DNA of 27,441 nt from positions 108,246 through 135,686 of the forward strand of contig JBBAUX010000005.1 in NCBI GenBank assembly GCA_040398005.1. The letters run 5' to 3'. How positions within the stretch are numbered: position 1 is the first letter of the stretch; the number at the start of each line of letters is the position of its first letter. The position numbers and the translations under genes are program-made. Below the pieces are notes generated by a model. That model was not told the origin of the DNA. It made no database searches and saw only the letters and a program-made list of their open reading frames with translations. This document shows positions 27,401 through 27,441 of the stretch, one piece after another. Origin of the DNA: Opitutales bacterium. GTDB lineage: Bacteria; Verrucomicrobiota; Verrucomicrobiia; Opitutales; UBA953.

Positions 27401-27441
27401 CTGTCACAGTTCCAAGCGGCTCAACCGTGGGTGCTGTCTCT
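21403..27441 (+). CDS. Giant Gly/Thr/Ser/Asn-rich secreted beta-helical protein with autotransporter-associated beta-strand (PATR) repeats; >2013 aa, 3' end outside window
   Basis: ATG 21403 (MKNPPSKIVSNSQRV...). The segments I translated are stop-free, and the ORF track lists no closed ORF in this frame, implying it is open to the window end. K.G.G.L.L.G.N.YTG.T.I..GTL repeats occur at ~22700, 23026, 23935, ~24515, 25519, 25921, 26212, 26626 and 26848. Confidence 0.93.
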   Translation, partial: MKNPPSKIVSNSQRVRANAVWLMNAASLAIAIGAASSSDNVSIVTKAKAVAYTWGAGGSDSGIQTTANWSPNDGSNMNWSSSSSATNNTFLFGTAGTSKMTVSVKNNGNTIFGQVTFDAVGNTNSGSGWVVNDPGTGGSFQLAGNTPTTSTGSTLLNNYTAGNLTFNVQVIQSTSNNTWTTVAGANTIFNRAVYATSSSSVRYLTLNGAGNFTFNSGIKNSYITNSSQTLTTSSTLTISNTGTTTITGAMDLRGQVEFRTLGGTVVLDGDNSTVGASLTRVPGTDTTYAFRFTQGNVKLNNALALGNQDLVLGRTSGTSSFFELGVYTNAAITVANNFTLGASTGSVSVLNGYTLGGSSANTSIYSGTVLLNKDARFTQVTGGTLTFSNAITSSGSRNLTLDGEGNINITNSIGSGIIPIVGSTSTSSNRVVTLSGSNAFTTGVTINSGVLALGSSGALNSTVGSENAITWGASTSSGTLRLNGNSVVVKSLTTNATAGTPIIENANATGSILTIGNSTNADSTFAGVMRDGTGAGTLGVNKVGTGILTLSGANTYTGATTISAGTLALTGSLTGSAVTVGASGTLKGTGSTNGSLNISGTVNPGSAGVGTLTTGATDLKQGGTLNIQFFSGSGTAGSTGWDLLSTGALTTTATSGNKFNINLVSITTLGADTTGAASVFSNSSDQTFEIIRASSLATAFDASLFNLSTVGFTNSLGGGSWSLTSSNNSIYANFAKFVAGTISYWSAGTWGVTASGTGGAGSWDNASGSWDATGGKTAVFAGSSGDAVTVGTVTAKKGITFSTTGYTLSSGSIALADTSGLNTVTVDSGTATIASALTGSGGFTKAGFGTLTLSGDNNSLSGGMTIGLGTLKVGSATALGASASNVSITSGAVLDLNGTTYTNANALSIAGTGAVINSSNTAASYNGNVTLTATSSIVSTGAITLSGTTNLSGFGLTLTTGAGDITLSNNISGSGALTISPAGAGNVTLSGSSINNTGAISVNSVTGGGNTTISGNIGSSVTNLALGTVNTTGSDRTITLSGTNTYTGTTTINAGTVKLGSPSAFSTSIVTANGYGSGVAIDLNGQTIANTLKVRGTGISATSGVITNTSSTAAKVTGNVEFNGDSTIVATAGDITLGLTNPDTGALISGSLKTASATNRTITLAGTSSGGITNIYVKTGVLQTNAVGSGYIALIVGTSGSDKVKVTLDGTQVLQTNGNIKIQGGTLALATSSTLSSSGMSLNAGGSSADNSTLLLTAGNNYTFASLGNGGNLTFDTTDSTGNASITFTAGGNATTNVSYGQTGNAASKIFSVNRGVSLIVGSSGSSTFFDLAGSSAVAGTNRTLKLDGAGTYTFNSVIRDTNVVGVTGGINKTGAGNVVLNAANTYTGGTIVGAGTLKVGNATALGADASAVTVSAGATLDLNGTTMTGTNALTLSGTATNAGASAATYHGSLTLGANTATLTADANNLTFDSSSDVTGAFTLTLNGASNGSLSGALKNSTGGLNKSGAGNWTISGTNATYTGVTNITGGTLTMGASNVIGSGDITINGGTLAIGANSDTVGAVTLTDGTISGSSGVLTSSADLAASAGTISAKIGGTKGLTKTGNGLLTLSGLSTNTGVTTINGGTVSVSSIGNGGVAGNLGAASTGSANIIIDGGTLKYTGAGETSDRKIKAGTALTIDASGTGALVLSNDPYSTVTKLGAFVNTNTNSVWTLTGTNTDDNTYHARLVDNGTGVTSLVKSGTGTWVITGDISDSATVTNPFTGGTTISGGKLKATTADIRGNIVNNSVFEFTNGSALPGSYTSVISGSGLLNKSGAGAVTLTGDNTYTGVTNIKSGSLVLGSNTGKISGSSAINVFKDATLKSTNTTDSILQASAIVLNSGAIVDLTAGNLTATSLTVNALSGADVTKINFGINKGLSLTNLTLTGNLAVDLLGTPSGIGTYDVLTWSGTKSGSGTVNLLTTNTSDWVYSLISSEPGKYQIKVAVAFVNGGDLTGGTVTVPSGSTVGAVS

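Overview
A gene-dense bacterial chromosomal window, most likely from the PVC superphylum and probably Verrucomicrobiota. This rests on the PVC-signature small basic protein at 9067-9225 and a PVC-style beta-strand-repeat surface protein; the finer assignment is inference. Most genes are housekeeping: leuB (partial), VF530-like gene, hemB, dnaK, hemL, proC, rhodanese, leuA, an lptF/G permease, an RlmI-like methyltransferase, ruvA, dapB, dapA, a YbfF-like esterase, a secreted sulfatase with EF-hands, pirin and DoxX. The window ends in a >2013-aa autotransporter-repeat protein that is missing from the ORF track because it has no stop codon in the window. Main points of interest: (1) a tRNA-guanine transglycosylase (Tgt) fused to an MnmC/MnmD-type aminomethyl N-methyltransferase, a candidate for an undescribed wobble-base modification (N-methyl-preQ1); (2) a composite repeat (five octamers plus a GTAG-hairpin REP) at three sites, two of which bracket an orphan membrane gene like a cassette; (3) a sigma54-type promoter with upstream palindromes in front of a solitary dnaK; (4) a DoxX protein with a 5xCC metallothionein-like tail. 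No tRNA, rRNA, CRISPR array or transposase was seen.
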